A DNA stretch of 64,000 nucleotides from Candidatus Woesearchaeota archaeon. Its GTDB lineage: Archaea > Nanobdellota > Nanobdellia > Pacearchaeales > GW2011-AR1. Positions 16,827 to 26,173 of this stretch are shown one piece after another; position 1 is the first letter of the stretch; the number at the start of each line of letters is the position of its first letter. A program made the position numbers and the translations under genes. The notes below the pieces were generated by a model. The model was not told the origin of the DNA. It saw only the letters and a program-made list of their open reading frames with translations, and searched no databases. The stretch is taken from positions 98,850-162,849 of the forward strand of contig CAZETU010000001.1 of assembly GCA_964514585.1 (NCBI GenBank), read 5' to 3'.

Positions 16827-16908
16827 ATGGGAAAAGAAGGACTCAGGGCCCCGTAAGCATAAGCTAATGCGCCATTGGCGCGTCTGGTTTGACTGAGTGA
16901 TTCGCTCC
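16827..16908 (-). pseudogene. degenerate copy of the adjacent tRNA-Leu
   Basis: Shares an exact 25-nt core (CCCCGTAAGCATAAGCTAATGCGCC) with 16973-17055. The T stem and acceptor stem no longer pair. Confidence 0.6.
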
Positions 16909-16972
16909 GAACAAACCATTATTATGGTTTTGTTTGTGAGGTGCAAATTGCGAATAGCGTAGGTATTTCCGA

Positions 16973-17055
16973 TGGGGAAAGGAGGACTCGAACCCCCGTA
17001 AGCATAAGCTAATGCGCCCTTAACGCATCCCGTTTGACCACTCCGGCATTTCCCC
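16973..17055 (-). tRNA. tRNA-Leu (anticodon reads AAG as folded by hand)
   Basis: Acceptor GGGGAAA/TTTCCCC, anticodon arm ATGCG-TTAAGGG-CGCAT, long variable arm, T arm GGGGG-TTCGAGT-CCTCC. It parallels tRNA-Leu(CAA) at 27950-28033. Confidence 0.8.
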
Positions 17056-17109
17056 AGTAAGTCAGACCAAACATTATCAATTCCTGATTAAGTCAGGAAC
17101 CATCAGCAA

Positions 17110-17817
17110 TTACTTAATTGCCTTAGAGACTTCAGAAAGATTTCCTTTCAAAGCCTTACAAGCCTCGGTAAAAATATCCTTAGCTTCAATTTGCCCCCAC
17201 GACTCTACCGTAAGAACCAAATTATTATCAAAATCAACACTGATTCCAGGATACTCTTCCATATCTTCCTGATCCATATCAAAAGCAGTCGCATCCTTAA
17301 TTTTCAGTTTCTCCCCAAACATTTCAAAAGCTTCAGGATGAAGTTCAGCTAATTCACTATGCTTCTCACCGTCGGCAGAAATTTTAATCTTAGGCAAATG
17401 CTTATAAAAAATAATTCCAGGAGCAAACTTAGCATGATCATTTCCTTTCCCAACTCTAGCTCTAGCAACCAACTCCAGCTCCTGTCCTTCTTCCAATAAA
17501 ACAATCGGCATCTCAGGATAAACAACATCGTCCCCAAGCTCTCCAGAAAGAACCTCAGTCCGCTCAGCTTTCCCCTTACTCTTCAATTTCATCTCAACAG
17601 TTTGATCAGCTTTCAATTTTTGATTCTTCAAAGGAATAAGTCCAAGTCGATGTGCGATAACTTCATCATAAAGTGCCGAATCATTCTTGTAAATATCAGC
17701 CTCGTCAATAGCCATAATTTGGATCTCACCAACACTTCTTCTAATCGCATTAGCCAAACTAATATTCATATCACTTACAATCGTGATCTTCTCCGAGTTT
17801 TTTTCAGTTGCTTCCAT
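17110..17817 (-). CDS. rpoD: DNA-directed RNA polymerase subunit D (Rpo3)
   Basis: ISLANAIRRS...IMAIDEADIYKNDSALYDEVIAHRLGLIPLK, supported by operon position. Confidence 0.85.
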   Translation of the reverse strand: MEATEKNSEKITIVSDMNISLANAIRRSVGEIQIMAIDEADIYKNDSALYDEVIAHRLGLIPLKNQKLKADQTVEMKLKSKGKAERTEVLSGELGDDVVYPEMPIVLLEEGQELELVARARVGKGNDHAKFAPGIIFYKHLPKIKISADGEKHSELAELHPEAFEMFGEKLKIKDATAFDMDQEDMEEYPGISVDFDNNLVLTVESWGQIEAKDIFTEACKALKGNLSEVSKAIK

Positions 17818-17847
17818 TTTACTTTATTTGATTTTTACTTTATAAGC

Positions 17848-18234
17848 TTATACTCTTCGACCCCTTCGGCCGCCAGCTTTCTTCGGCCCGCCTCGTGGAA
17901 GAGAAGTTGTCTCAGCCATACTCAAAATCTTAAATCCTTCTTTAGTTAAAGTTCGAACAATCGCGTGTGCCCCAGGTCCAATCCCAGTCGCCCCAGTCTG
18001 ACCTTTCATTCGAACGTAAAGCGTATTAATTCTATAATCCCGACACATATCCTGAACCTTCTTCGCAATAAACATAGCAATCGTAGGGTTCGCCCTCATT
18101 CGATCATGCTTCGTAATCTGCCCACCAGAAGTTCGACCAATAGTATTCCCAGCCAAGTCAGTCACCGTAGCTATAGTATTATTAAAACTAGCATAAATAT
18201 TCAAAATCCCAACATTCTCCTCGCTCTTCGCCAT
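17848..18234 (-). CDS. rps11: 30S ribosomal protein S11 (uS11)
   Basis: GILNIYASFNNTIATVTDLAGNTI...TLYVRMKG...GPGAHAIVRTL. Confidence 0.9.
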   Translation of the reverse strand: MAKSEENVGILNIYASFNNTIATVTDLAGNTIGRTSGGQITKHDRMRANPTIAMFIAKKVQDMCRDYRINTLYVRMKGQTGATGIGPGAHAIVRTLTKEGFKILSMAETTSLPRGGPKKAGGRRGRRV

Positions 18235-18782
18235 TATTCCTTAGCCTCCTTAGTTTCTTCTTTAGCTTCCTCAACATTCTCTTCAGCAGGCGCTTCCTCA
18301 ACAACAGGCTCCGGCTTAACCTTAACCTTTCGCTCCTTCAAAGTAATCTTATCTTCCAAATCTCGAGTCACCAAAAACGAAGGAGTATTCACAACATTCC
18401 CATCAACCAAAACATTCTTATGAACAATCAATTGCCTAGCCTGCTTAACAGTATTCGCCAACTTCTTCTTAAAAACAATCGTCTGCAATCTTCTCTCAAA
18501 CAAACTTTCCTCAGTCAAAGCCAAAGCATCGGCAGTAGTTGTAACAGGAACCCCCATTTTATTCAACTTATTAAAAAAATTCTGCTGTTCTTCCATCTCA
18601 GAACCAATTAACTTCTTAGCTCTTCTTCGAAGTTTTGAAACAGCCGTCTTCGCTTTCCAAATTTCCCTCTTATTTTTCAAGCCATATCGCTTAATCAAAA
18701 CATTTTCCTCATCCATTCTTGTTCTGTCATAAAGCTTCTTAGGCCGACTAAATAATTTTCTTTTTCTTTTTATGTCTCCCAT
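18234..18782 (-). CDS. rps4: 30S ribosomal protein S4 (uS4) with an acidic C-terminal extension
   Basis: MGDIKRKRKLFSRPKKLYD...RYGLKNKREIWKA. The tail is EPVVEEAPAEENVEEAKEETKEAKE. Confidence 0.9.
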   Translation of the reverse strand: MGDIKRKRKLFSRPKKLYDRTRMDEENVLIKRYGLKNKREIWKAKTAVSKLRRRAKKLIGSEMEEQQNFFNKLNKMGVPVTTTADALALTEESLFERRLQTIVFKKKLANTVKQARQLIVHKNVLVDGNVVNTPSFLVTRDLEDKITLKERKVKVKPEPVVEEAPAEENVEEAKEETKEAKE

Positions 18783-19255
18783 TATTTCTTCTTACCTCCA
18801 GTAACTCCAGATTTCTTTCGATTCTTCCTAAAATTTGCCTTTGTTCTTTGGCCTCGAGTAGGCAATCCAGCCGCATGTCGAGCTCCCCTGTAAGACTTTA
18901 TTTTTCTAAGCCTCTTAACATCAAACTCAGTTCTTAATCTCAAATCAGCCCCACTAACGTGCTTATCGTCCCCTTCCTCAAAGTCCTTCTGTCTATTCTT
19001 CAAAAACCCAGGGATCTGAGGGTCTTTAATGAACTCTTCAATCTTAGCCATATCTTCTTTACTAACATCCTGAAGCCTCTGCCTCTTATCAAGATCTAAA
19101 ATTTTACAAATAGCGTTAGAAAAACTCCAAGAAATTCCCTTAATATTTGTCAAAGCCGCAAACAACTTCTTATCTCCACGAATATCTTTCCCGAGCACTC
19201 TAACAAGAGTAACATCGTCGTGCTCTTTCGCTTGGTGTTTCTTTTCTTCTGCCAT
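18782..19255 (-). CDS. rps13: 30S ribosomal protein S13 (uS13)
   Basis: VRVLGKDIRGDKKLFAALTNIKGI...YRGARHAAGLPTRGQRTK. Confidence 0.9.
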   Translation of the reverse strand: MAEEKKHQAKEHDDVTLVRVLGKDIRGDKKLFAALTNIKGISWSFSNAICKILDLDKRQRLQDVSKEDMAKIEEFIKDPQIPGFLKNRQKDFEEGDDKHVSGADLRLRTEFDVKRLRKIKSYRGARHAAGLPTRGQRTKANFRKNRKKSGVTGGKKK

Positions 19256-19256
19256 T

Positions 19257-19793
19257 TTATGATATAAACAGATTATGTCTCTGTATCTCTGTCAACTCTT
19301 CAATAATTCGTTTCCCGATAACCTTTGCAGGATCAGGCATATTGTGAACCCTATCTTTAATGTCCGCAAAAGATTCAAAATCTTTTTCTTCTCGAGCCTC
19401 GAGAATGGACTTAGTATGTTTTCTACCAAAACCAGGGAGTAATTCAAATTGATGAAGTCGAGTATTTATAGCTTGTGCTTCATTAAAGAATTTCACAAAT
19501 CTTGCTTCGTCTTCGTGAACTGATTTTTCAACGAATTCCTCTAACTGAATTTTAGCAGTTTCAGTTAGTAGTTCTCTCGGACATCTTCCGAGAATGTACT
19601 GAACCTTATCTCTCTTGCCTTCTCCAATATAAGCTTCCTCACCGACTTCAAATCTTTCTCCACGTCGAGGAACTAACTGCAAAAGAGTAAATCCACTAGT
19701 ACCAACAGCTTGAGCTATCGGCATCATTTTTTTCTCCAACGGATAACCGTATGGTAGGAAATCTAATATAATTGCTTTTTCTTCTTTGGCCAT
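19257..19793 (-). CDS. DUF655-type OB-fold/helix-hairpin-helix protein
   Basis: AIILDFLPYGYP..., LHQFELLPGFGRKHTKSILEARE. It sits in the conserved archaeal position next to rpoF and rpl21e. Confidence 0.7.
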   Translation of the reverse strand: MAKEEKAIILDFLPYGYPLEKKMMPIAQAVGTSGFTLLQLVPRRGERFEVGEEAYIGEGKRDKVQYILGRCPRELLTETAKIQLEEFVEKSVHEDEARFVKFFNEAQAINTRLHQFELLPGFGRKHTKSILEAREEKDFESFADIKDRVHNMPDPAKVIGKRIIEELTEIQRHNLFIS

Positions 19794-19795
19794 AG

Positions 19796-20098
19796 CTAAT
19801 ATTTCTTAACGACATCGAGTATCTTGTTCACTTCTTCCTGGTCCAATGGGACATCGATAAGAACTTTGTTTAATTCTGAAGCATCAGTCGGCATAAAATC
19901 AATAATCTTCACAATATGCATATCTTTTAACTTAATCAAATCAAGCGCCGTTAACTCTTCCTTCATTTCAATCGCTTTTTCTGCAGGCATCTTGTTAAAA
20001 TCTTTAATAAATTTCTTAATCGCAACAGCCTTATCAGAATCTCCAGCTAGAGCGACGACCTCTGCCATTGTGATTGGTTTTTCTTCTTTGATTGCCAT
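19796..20098 (-). CDS. rpoF: DNA-directed RNA polymerase subunit F (Rpo4)
   Basis: About 100 aa. ITMAEVVALAG... with a helical C-terminus. Lies in the rpl21e-rpoF-DUF655 context. Confidence 0.65.
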   Translation of the reverse strand: MAIKEEKPITMAEVVALAGDSDKAVAIKKFIKDFNKMPAEKAIEMKEELTALDLIKLKDMHIVKIIDFMPTDASELNKVLIDVPLDQEEVNKILDVVKKY

Positions 20099-20346
20099 TA
20101 TAACTTCTTTAAATGAATTGGGTGAATTATAAACGTTTTCGTTTTATTCCCATCTTTAATTTCAACTACTTTAAACCGACCCCGACCCTGAACAACCTTT
20201 CCGGACATTCCAATAATTCTTTTGGGAAACGCTGCCCTAACCCCAAGCTCCGAAACAACAGCAACACTAGCCCCGTCCTCAATATTCTTAAAGTACTGAC
20301 TAAGTTTCAACTTTCCACGGTCTCTGATTTTTTTACCTTTAGCCAT
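20098..20346 (-). CDS. rpl21e: 50S ribosomal protein L21e
   Basis: MAKGKKIRDRGKLKLSQYF...G..V...GRGRFKVVEIKDGNKTKTFIIHPIHLKKL. Confidence 0.85.
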   Translation of the reverse strand: MAKGKKIRDRGKLKLSQYFKNIEDGASVAVVSELGVRAAFPKRIIGMSGKVVQGRGRFKVVEIKDGNKTKTFIIHPIHLKKL

Positions 20347-20448
20347 TTTATATTATTTTTGTAACTGACAGAACTCTATCGCGCTGTCACCAACTCGGAC
20401 AGTATGACTATCCTGTAAAACCAAGAAAAAGTCCATTTAAAAATGTTT

Positions 20449-20844
20449 TCACTGCGAAATCAAATTCTCAGCATCATATTCTTGAGCCGGAATCACAAAA
20501 TTATTATCATTTGGCATTTCCTTCTCAACATTGGGCACGCCCCTCATCTCCAAATCCTCAGGAGTCACCCCTTCAGTCTTCATTCCAACATCAGCCAACG
20601 GCTCTTCCACGGACACATTTCCCGTATCAATCTCAATCACATCAACACTCTTCGCCTCGCCAACTCGCCCAAGATTCAAATTTCCCTTATCTCTTTCATT
20701 CTCCATACCCTCAACAATCGCCTTAGCCATTTTCTCTCCCCAAACTTGATACATACATCGCTGGCACATATCAACCACAGAATTATCACCAACTCCAACA
20801 GAACAATAAATGCACTTTTTCACCATCTTTACACTTTCTAACAT
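20449..20844 (-). CDS. zinc-ribbon hypothetical protein
   Basis: CIYC...CQRC near the N-terminus, with an acidic tail. An alternative ATG lies at 20826. Confidence 0.45.
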   Translation of the reverse strand: MLESVKMVKKCIYCSVGVGDNSVVDMCQRCMYQVWGEKMAKAIVEGMENERDKGNLNLGRVGEAKSVDVIEIDTGNVSVEEPLADVGMKTEGVTPEDLEMRGVPNVEKEMPNDNNFVIPAQEYDAENLISQ

Positions 20845-20929
20845 TTTCCCTTTTTAAGTTTTTATGAGATTTTTGACAAAGTTATCCCATTTCGGAAATG
20901 TTTAAAAACGAAAGTCACCATATTCTACT

Positions 20930-21763
20930 ATGAAAAAAAGGTTGTTGGTATTAATGTTCCTCATGTCTTTAACGATAGTTAGCGCTAGATGTGATCTTAA
21001 TATTACGATGTTAAACCAAGACCCATATCCAGCAGTTCCAGGCGATTACGTAAAACTAGTTTTCCAAATTGAAGGAGTCGACGACGTAGATTGCGACGAC
21101 ATAACATTTGAATTACTATCAGATTATCCTCTAGAATTTGATCCAGGAGCATCAGGGTTAAGAACATTTAGAAAAGTAGATTATCTAAAGGATTTCGAAT
21201 CCAATTTATTAATTCCCTACGAAGTAAGAATAAACAAAGACGCTCTAGATGGTGACACCCCAATTGAAGTGAGAGCACAAAGTAGACACGACGCTCCAGT
21301 TTCAAAAACATTTAATTTAAATGTCGACGACGTTCGAGCAGATTTCGAAATCTATGTAAAAGATTACAGCTACACAACAAACGAATTAACATTAGAAATT
21401 TTAAACATCGAATCATCCGACGTTGAGGCACTTTCGATAGAAATCCCAAAACAAGAGAGCATTCAAGTTAAAGGAGCAAATAGATTGGTTGTTGGAGACC
21501 TAGATTCAAACGAATACACTTCTGCAGATTTTGAAGTATCTTTGTCCGACGGAGAATTCCAAATAAATCTAATTTACTCAGATACAATAAACAATAGAAG
21601 ACTAATAGAAAAAACAGTAAACTTTGATTCATCATATTTCACAAACAGAAAAGCAGATCAAAAAACAACTGGCAACAGTACTTACATATTCTGGGGAGTC
21701 ATTATTGTTTTAATTGGCTGGTGGGTCATTAAAAAATTCCGAAAAAAGAAAAAGAAAAAATAA
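20930..21763 (+). CDS. secreted protein with a C-terminal TM and poly-Lys tail (S-layer-domain/COG1361-like, tentative)
   Basis: Signal LLVLMFLMSLTIVSA, beta-rich body, C-terminal IFWGVIIVLIGWWVIKKFRKKKKKK. Adjacent to the MacB-type ABC genes. Confidence 0.55.
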   Translation: MKKRLLVLMFLMSLTIVSARCDLNITMLNQDPYPAVPGDYVKLVFQIEGVDDVDCDDITFELLSDYPLEFDPGASGLRTFRKVDYLKDFESNLLIPYEVRINKDALDGDTPIEVRAQSRHDAPVSKTFNLNVDDVRADFEIYVKDYSYTTNELTLEILNIESSDVEALSIEIPKQESIQVKGANRLVVGDLDSNEYTSADFEVSLSDGEFQINLIYSDTINNRRLIEKTVNFDSSYFTNRKADQKTTGNSTYIFWGVIIVLIGWWVIKKFRKKKKKK

Positions 21764-21765
21764 TT

Positions 21766-22329
21766 CTAGTTCAAATGTTCAGTACAATTAATTAAACGAA
21801 TCTTTCGTTTATTGTTTTCTCCAATCTCAAAAACACTTATCGCCGCATTATCTTGACTAAATTTTACCTTACTTCCGGGAGAATCATATAAAACAAAACG
21901 CAACAAAGCCTTATTAATTACCCCATGTGCCACAAACAAGACAGTTTCTTCAGAATGCTTTTTACACACTGTCTCTAATATTTTTTTAGCACGTTTATAC
22001 AAACTCTCCTTAGATTCATAATCTTCAGGAAGATTGCTCCAATCAATATCAGAATATTTTTTGCCTTCGGTCTCACCTAAATCACACTCTCGAAGTTCAT
22101 CAACATAATTAACCAAAATCCCAGGATAATGTTTGACTATCTCATCGACAGTCTCCCTCGCTCTAACAAAAGGACTGGAATAAATAACATTAATATTTTC
22201 TTCCTTCAGTTGCAATCCAAGTTTCTTTGCCTGAATAATTCCCTCTCTTGACAACTTGCCTTCGCGACCTTCCATTGTTTCAGCCTCATTCCCCTCGCTC
22301 TTAGCATGTCGAACTAAAATTAATTTCAT
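21766..22329 (-). CDS. histidine phosphatase family protein (phosphoglycerate-mutase-like)
   Basis: LILVRHAKSEGN (RHG motif) and FVAHGVIN. Start at the ATG at 22329. Confidence 0.7.
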   Translation of the reverse strand: MKLILVRHAKSEGNEAETMEGREGKLSREGIIQAKKLGLQLKEENINVIYSSPFVRARETVDEIVKHYPGILVNYVDELRECDLGETEGKKYSDIDWSNLPEDYESKESLYKRAKKILETVCKKHSEETVLFVAHGVINKALLRFVLYDSPGSKVKFSQDNAAISVFEIGENNKRKIRLINCTEHLN

Positions 22330-22359
22330 ACAAGAGAAAGTAGTCCACAATTGATAAAC

Positions 22360-23571
22360 TTATTCATACCTTAAAGCATCAACAGCATTAATCTTACTAG
22401 CTCTCCACGCAGGAAGCATACCCGAAATCGCCCCAGTCAATGTAGCAAATACAACCAATCCTGCAAATAAAACCCAAGAATAATGAGGAGTAAGAAATCC
22501 ATATCCAAGATTATCCAAAATTTCCGCACCAATATCCGTAGCAAGCCATCCAATCAAAACTCCAATTACCCCAGCCACAAATCCAAGGAACCCAGACTCA
22601 AATAAAAATATTTTAAAAATCTCAGCATTCCGAGCACCAATAGACTTCAAAACCCCAATCTCCTTAAATCTCTCAAGCACCGACGTAATCATCGTATTAG
22701 CAGTATTAACCGCCGACACAATAACCGAAATAAAAGCAATCAAAATAATAAAACCAATAATAATATCCAAAACAACAGTAAACGATTCCAGCAAATCAGC
22801 ATAAGACTGAACACTAAAATCCTCCTTACCTTCATCTAATCCCCGATGTTGCCGCAACTTTTTCTCGACCCTCTCAGCAACTTCATTAACATTATTTTTA
22901 TCAGCCCTCGCAATAATCATTCCATAAGAAAGATCTTTTTCAGGATAAAGTTCAATCATGAAATCGTTTGTAACATAGATATTAGCATCATCTTGTGGAT
23001 TCCCAACGGACTCATAAAATCCAACAATCCTCAAATCCTGTCCCTGAATATTAATCTTGCTATTAAGAGAATAAGCCTTGGGGAAAATCTTATTCTTAAT
23101 CATATAATTGTAACCCAAAGTAACCTTCCCAGAGTCTCCTAATCGAAGCTTCCTCCCCTCAATAATATCAACATTAGAAAGTTCCATAATCAGAGGAATC
23201 TTAGGGTCATAACCTATAACAAAAGCATACTTCTTAGAATCATCCTGAATAATTTCTCCAGCTCCCATATACGACCCCGTCACCTCGTAAATCCCAGGCG
23301 TTCTCCCAATCACATCTATATCATCATCCAAAAGTTTAAACGTTGTATCAAGACCAGGCACGCCACTCCCCTTAGGTTGAATCAATAACTTATCTGCCGA
23401 TGACGAAGAAGTAAACTCATCAATATATTCATAAAGCCCCCAGCCAAAACTAACAAAAATAAAAATCGTAGCAATCCCCACAAAAATCGACAAAATCGTA
23501 AGAACACTCCTTGCCTTACTTTGCTTAATATTATTCAGCGAATATTTGACACTCTCTTTACTGATTACCAT
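22360..23571 (-). CDS. ABC transporter permease, MacB/FtsX type
   Basis: N-terminal TM, a large periplasmic-type loop, and a C-terminal FtsX-like four-helix region (ERFKEIGVLKSIGA...). Confidence 0.8.
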   Translation of the reverse strand: MVISKESVKYSLNNIKQSKARSVLTILSIFVGIATIFIFVSFGWGLYEYIDEFTSSSSADKLLIQPKGSGVPGLDTTFKLLDDDIDVIGRTPGIYEVTGSYMGAGEIIQDDSKKYAFVIGYDPKIPLIMELSNVDIIEGRKLRLGDSGKVTLGYNYMIKNKIFPKAYSLNSKINIQGQDLRIVGFYESVGNPQDDANIYVTNDFMIELYPEKDLSYGMIIARADKNNVNEVAERVEKKLRQHRGLDEGKEDFSVQSYADLLESFTVVLDIIIGFIILIAFISVIVSAVNTANTMITSVLERFKEIGVLKSIGARNAEIFKIFLFESGFLGFVAGVIGVLIGWLATDIGAEILDNLGYGFLTPHYSWVLFAGLVVFATLTGAISGMLPAWRASKINAVDALRYE

Positions 23572-23993
23572 TATAATTTTTTAGAAAGTATAACCTCTTT
23601 AGGGGCTACCTTATAATTTAATTTTTTATAAAATTTAAACGCACCAGCTTTTCTACTTGTCATAACACTAATGGTTTTAATTCCTTCTTCAAGAGATTCT
23701 TCTTCTACAAATTTCAAGAGACTTTTACCAAAACCTTTTCTCTGATATTCTTCCTTTATCCAAAACTCATCAAGATAAATTTCTTTTTTCCCTTCTCCCG
23801 CTGTAGAAAGAAATCCAGCTATTTTTTTATCAATAATTGCTACATAGATAATTCCTTTTGTGAACATGTCGCTTATTCTTTTATTTGCTGTTTGAAAATC
23901 ATATCCCTGAGAAAACGGTTTTTTTGCGGATTCTGTTAAAAATAGTTCGGAAATTTCCTTCAATTCTCTTCTTTTCGCCTTTCTAATTTTCAT
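23571..23993 (-). CDS. GNAT family N-acetyltransferase
   Basis: YQRKGFGKSLLKFVEEE... matches the acetyl-CoA binding motif Q/R-x-x-G-x-G/A. Confidence 0.7.
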   Translation of the reverse strand: MKIRKAKRRELKEISELFLTESAKKPFSQGYDFQTANKRISDMFTKGIIYVAIIDKKIAGFLSTAGEGKKEIYLDEFWIKEEYQRKGFGKSLLKFVEEESLEEGIKTISVMTSRKAGAFKFYKKLNYKVAPKEVILSKKL

Positions 23994-25207
23994 CCCCTCA
24001 ACGCCTCCACCGGATTTTGTTTAGCCGCACTCATCGCAGGAACAATCCCCGCAATAGCCCCAATCATAAAACTTCCAAACAATGCCATTCCAATTAACAT
24101 AAAATCAACAACGGGCGTCATGTCAGAACCAAGAAAGCTATTAATCCCAGCAACGCCAGCAACACTAATCAACGTCCCAAGAACAGCCCCGACCAAACCA
24201 CCAATAAGCCCAAGTAAGCCAGATTCAAAAAAGAACTGCATAAAAATTTGCCAATTAGTCCCACCAATAGCTTTCATAATCCCAATCTCTTTTTTCCTCT
24301 CTAGAACCGAAGTCGTCATCGTATTAACAATCCCCAACGCACCAACCAAAATTGAAATCGAAGCAATAATTATAATAAAAGCCTGAACGCCACCAAGAAT
24401 ACTATTCACCGTTTCCATCGTCGCCTCTGGAGTCGAAACCTCGAAATCCTCTTCTCCTTCATCAACATCCCTTCTCTTTCTTAATAGCTTCGCAATATCC
24501 TCAGCCGCACGGTCCATCAAATCTGGATCCTTAATGTGAGCAACTATTACATCAACATCATCACCAGTATCAAATAAATCTTCCAAAGCAACTTGATCCA
24601 TCAAAACAATACTATCCCAAACAAAACTCCCCTTCTTTTTCAATATCCCCACAACCCTAAAACTTTTATCTTGAACTAACACATTATCTCCCAAAACGAC
24701 TTCCTTTTCAAGACCAACCTTGTCAACAAAAAAATTAGCTCCCAAAACAACCTTATTGGAATCTGAACCACCAAGCATCCTTCCTTTATCAATTTCAAGA
24801 TCATTAACTTCATACATAAAATCAGCATCATCCCCACGAGGAACATTCGAAGCAAACCCAAAAATAACCCTATCATTAAATTCCAACTTGCCCGTTTGAA
24901 TATATCGAGGCAAAACCCTGTTCACAGAACCAATATTCTCTATCGCTCGAGCATCATCTTTAGTCAAAGAATTCACAACACCACTTCCTGGCGGGCCATA
25001 AGCATTAAGTCCCCCAGCCTGAACCGTAATTATTTCCGTAGAACTAATCCCAAATTGAGCACTAACCGCCGCCTGTAACCCATTCCCAAGACCAATCAAA
25101 GCAACAACAGCAGTCACCCCAATAAAAATACCAAGTAAAGTCAACCACGACCGAATCCCACGATGCCGTAAATTTTTCAAAGCAAGAATCAAATAATCAA
25201 GATTCAT
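23990..25207 (-). CDS. ABC transporter permease, MacB/FtsX type
   Basis: Same architecture as 22360-23571 (ERKKEIGIMKAIGG...). Confidence 0.8.
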   Translation of the reverse strand: MNLDYLILALKNLRHRGIRSWLTLLGIFIGVTAVVALIGLGNGLQAAVSAQFGISSTEIITVQAGGLNAYGPPGSGVVNSLTKDDARAIENIGSVNRVLPRYIQTGKLEFNDRVIFGFASNVPRGDDADFMYEVNDLEIDKGRMLGGSDSNKVVLGANFFVDKVGLEKEVVLGDNVLVQDKSFRVVGILKKKGSFVWDSIVLMDQVALEDLFDTGDDVDVIVAHIKDPDLMDRAAEDIAKLLRKRRDVDEGEEDFEVSTPEATMETVNSILGGVQAFIIIIASISILVGALGIVNTMTTSVLERKKEIGIMKAIGGTNWQIFMQFFFESGLLGLIGGLVGAVLGTLISVAGVAGINSFLGSDMTPVVDFMLIGMALFGSFMIGAIAGIVPAMSAAKQNPVEALRG

Positions 25208-26028
25208 TATTTCACTCCGTTAGATTTGCCCGACTTGATTGGAACTTTAGTTCCCTTTTTTGAGGGTACACCATTGAGCGCAGCTTCTTTCTTCTTCTTC
25301 TTAGTAACATCAATAAACCTAGACCCAACCCTCTTCGTAACTTTCTCCAACTTCCCATCTAACAACCAATAAACAACATCAGCATACTCCTCAGCCAAAT
25401 CCGGATCATGAGTAACCATAATAATCGTCTTCCCCTGCTTGTTCAACTTCTCCAAAAAATGCATAACAATATCCCCAGTCTTAGTATCCAAATTCCCAGT
25501 CGGCTCATCAGCAAGAATCACTTCGGGATCATTCGCCAAACTCCGCGCAATCGCAACTCTCTGCATCTGCCCCCCAGAAATCTCTCCAGGATAATGATCC
25601 ATCCTATCATGCAACTCAACCAACTTCAACAACTCCTCAGCCCGCCCAGCCCGCTCCTCAACACTCGTCCCCTGAAACATCATCGGCAACATCACATTCT
25701 CTTTCACCGTCAAATTCGGAATCAAATTAAACGATTGAAAAATAAACCCAATCTTCTTCCCCCGAATCTGCGCCAAATCAGACTCACTCAACTCACTAAT
25801 ATCAGCATCATCTAAATAAATCGTCCCAAACGTCGGCATATCCAAACTCCCAACTAAATTCATCGCCGTCGATTTCCCAGAACCAGAAGGTCCCATAATA
25901 GCAACAAACTCTCCCTCATAAACTTTAAACTCCAAATGACTAAGCGCCTTCACAACAGAGTCCCCCATGGGGTAATGCTTCGAAACATTCCTCAATCTAA
26001 TAAACTCTTTCTTTACCTCTTTCGCCAT
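25207..26028 (-). CDS. ABC transporter ATP-binding protein (MacB/LolD-like)
   Basis: Walker [10 protein letters not shown], signature [15 protein letters not shown], Walker [13 protein letters not shown]-loop VTHD. Start at the ATG at 26028. Confidence 0.9.
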   Translation of the reverse strand: MAKEVKKEFIRLRNVSKHYPMGDSVVKALSHLEFKVYEGEFVAIMGPSGSGKSTAMNLVGSLDMPTFGTIYLDDADISELSESDLAQIRGKKIGFIFQSFNLIPNLTVKENVMLPMMFQGTSVEERAGRAEELLKLVELHDRMDHYPGEISGGQMQRVAIARSLANDPEVILADEPTGNLDTKTGDIVMHFLEKLNKQGKTIIMVTHDPDLAEEYADVVYWLLDGKLEKVTKRVGSRFIDVTKKKKKEAALNGVPSKKGTKVPIKSGKSNGVK

Positions 26029-26143
26029 ACAGAAAATACACAAATATCATATATAAATATAGTGATAGCAAAACTTACATTTCACCAGAAATACCTACTG
26101 GGTAAACCAAAACAACATGCGTTTAGAAAACTTGTAACACAAG

Positions 26144-26152
26144 TTTTATAAA
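26144..26152 (+). promoter_or_regulatory. TATA box for rpoN (TTTTATAAA)
   Basis: Ends 22 nt before the ATG at 26174, the spacing typical of a leaderless archaeal promoter. Confidence 0.5.
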
Positions 26153-26173
26153 CCAAAATTTCGCTACTTCAAT

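Noticed and set aside
16818-16946. N-terminal extension of rpl18e to 16946 as given in the ORF track
   Set aside because: The extension translates the degenerate tRNA-Leu copy. L18e homologs are about 120 aa, and internal ATGs at 16817 and 16805 fit that length.
20347-20448. Small hairpins (TGACAG..CTGTCA, ACAG..CTGT) in the gap upstream of rpl21e as a possible sRNA
   Set aside because: The stems are short (4-6 bp), show no repeats or box motifs, and lie in a plausible 5' leader or promoter region. The evidence is insufficient.
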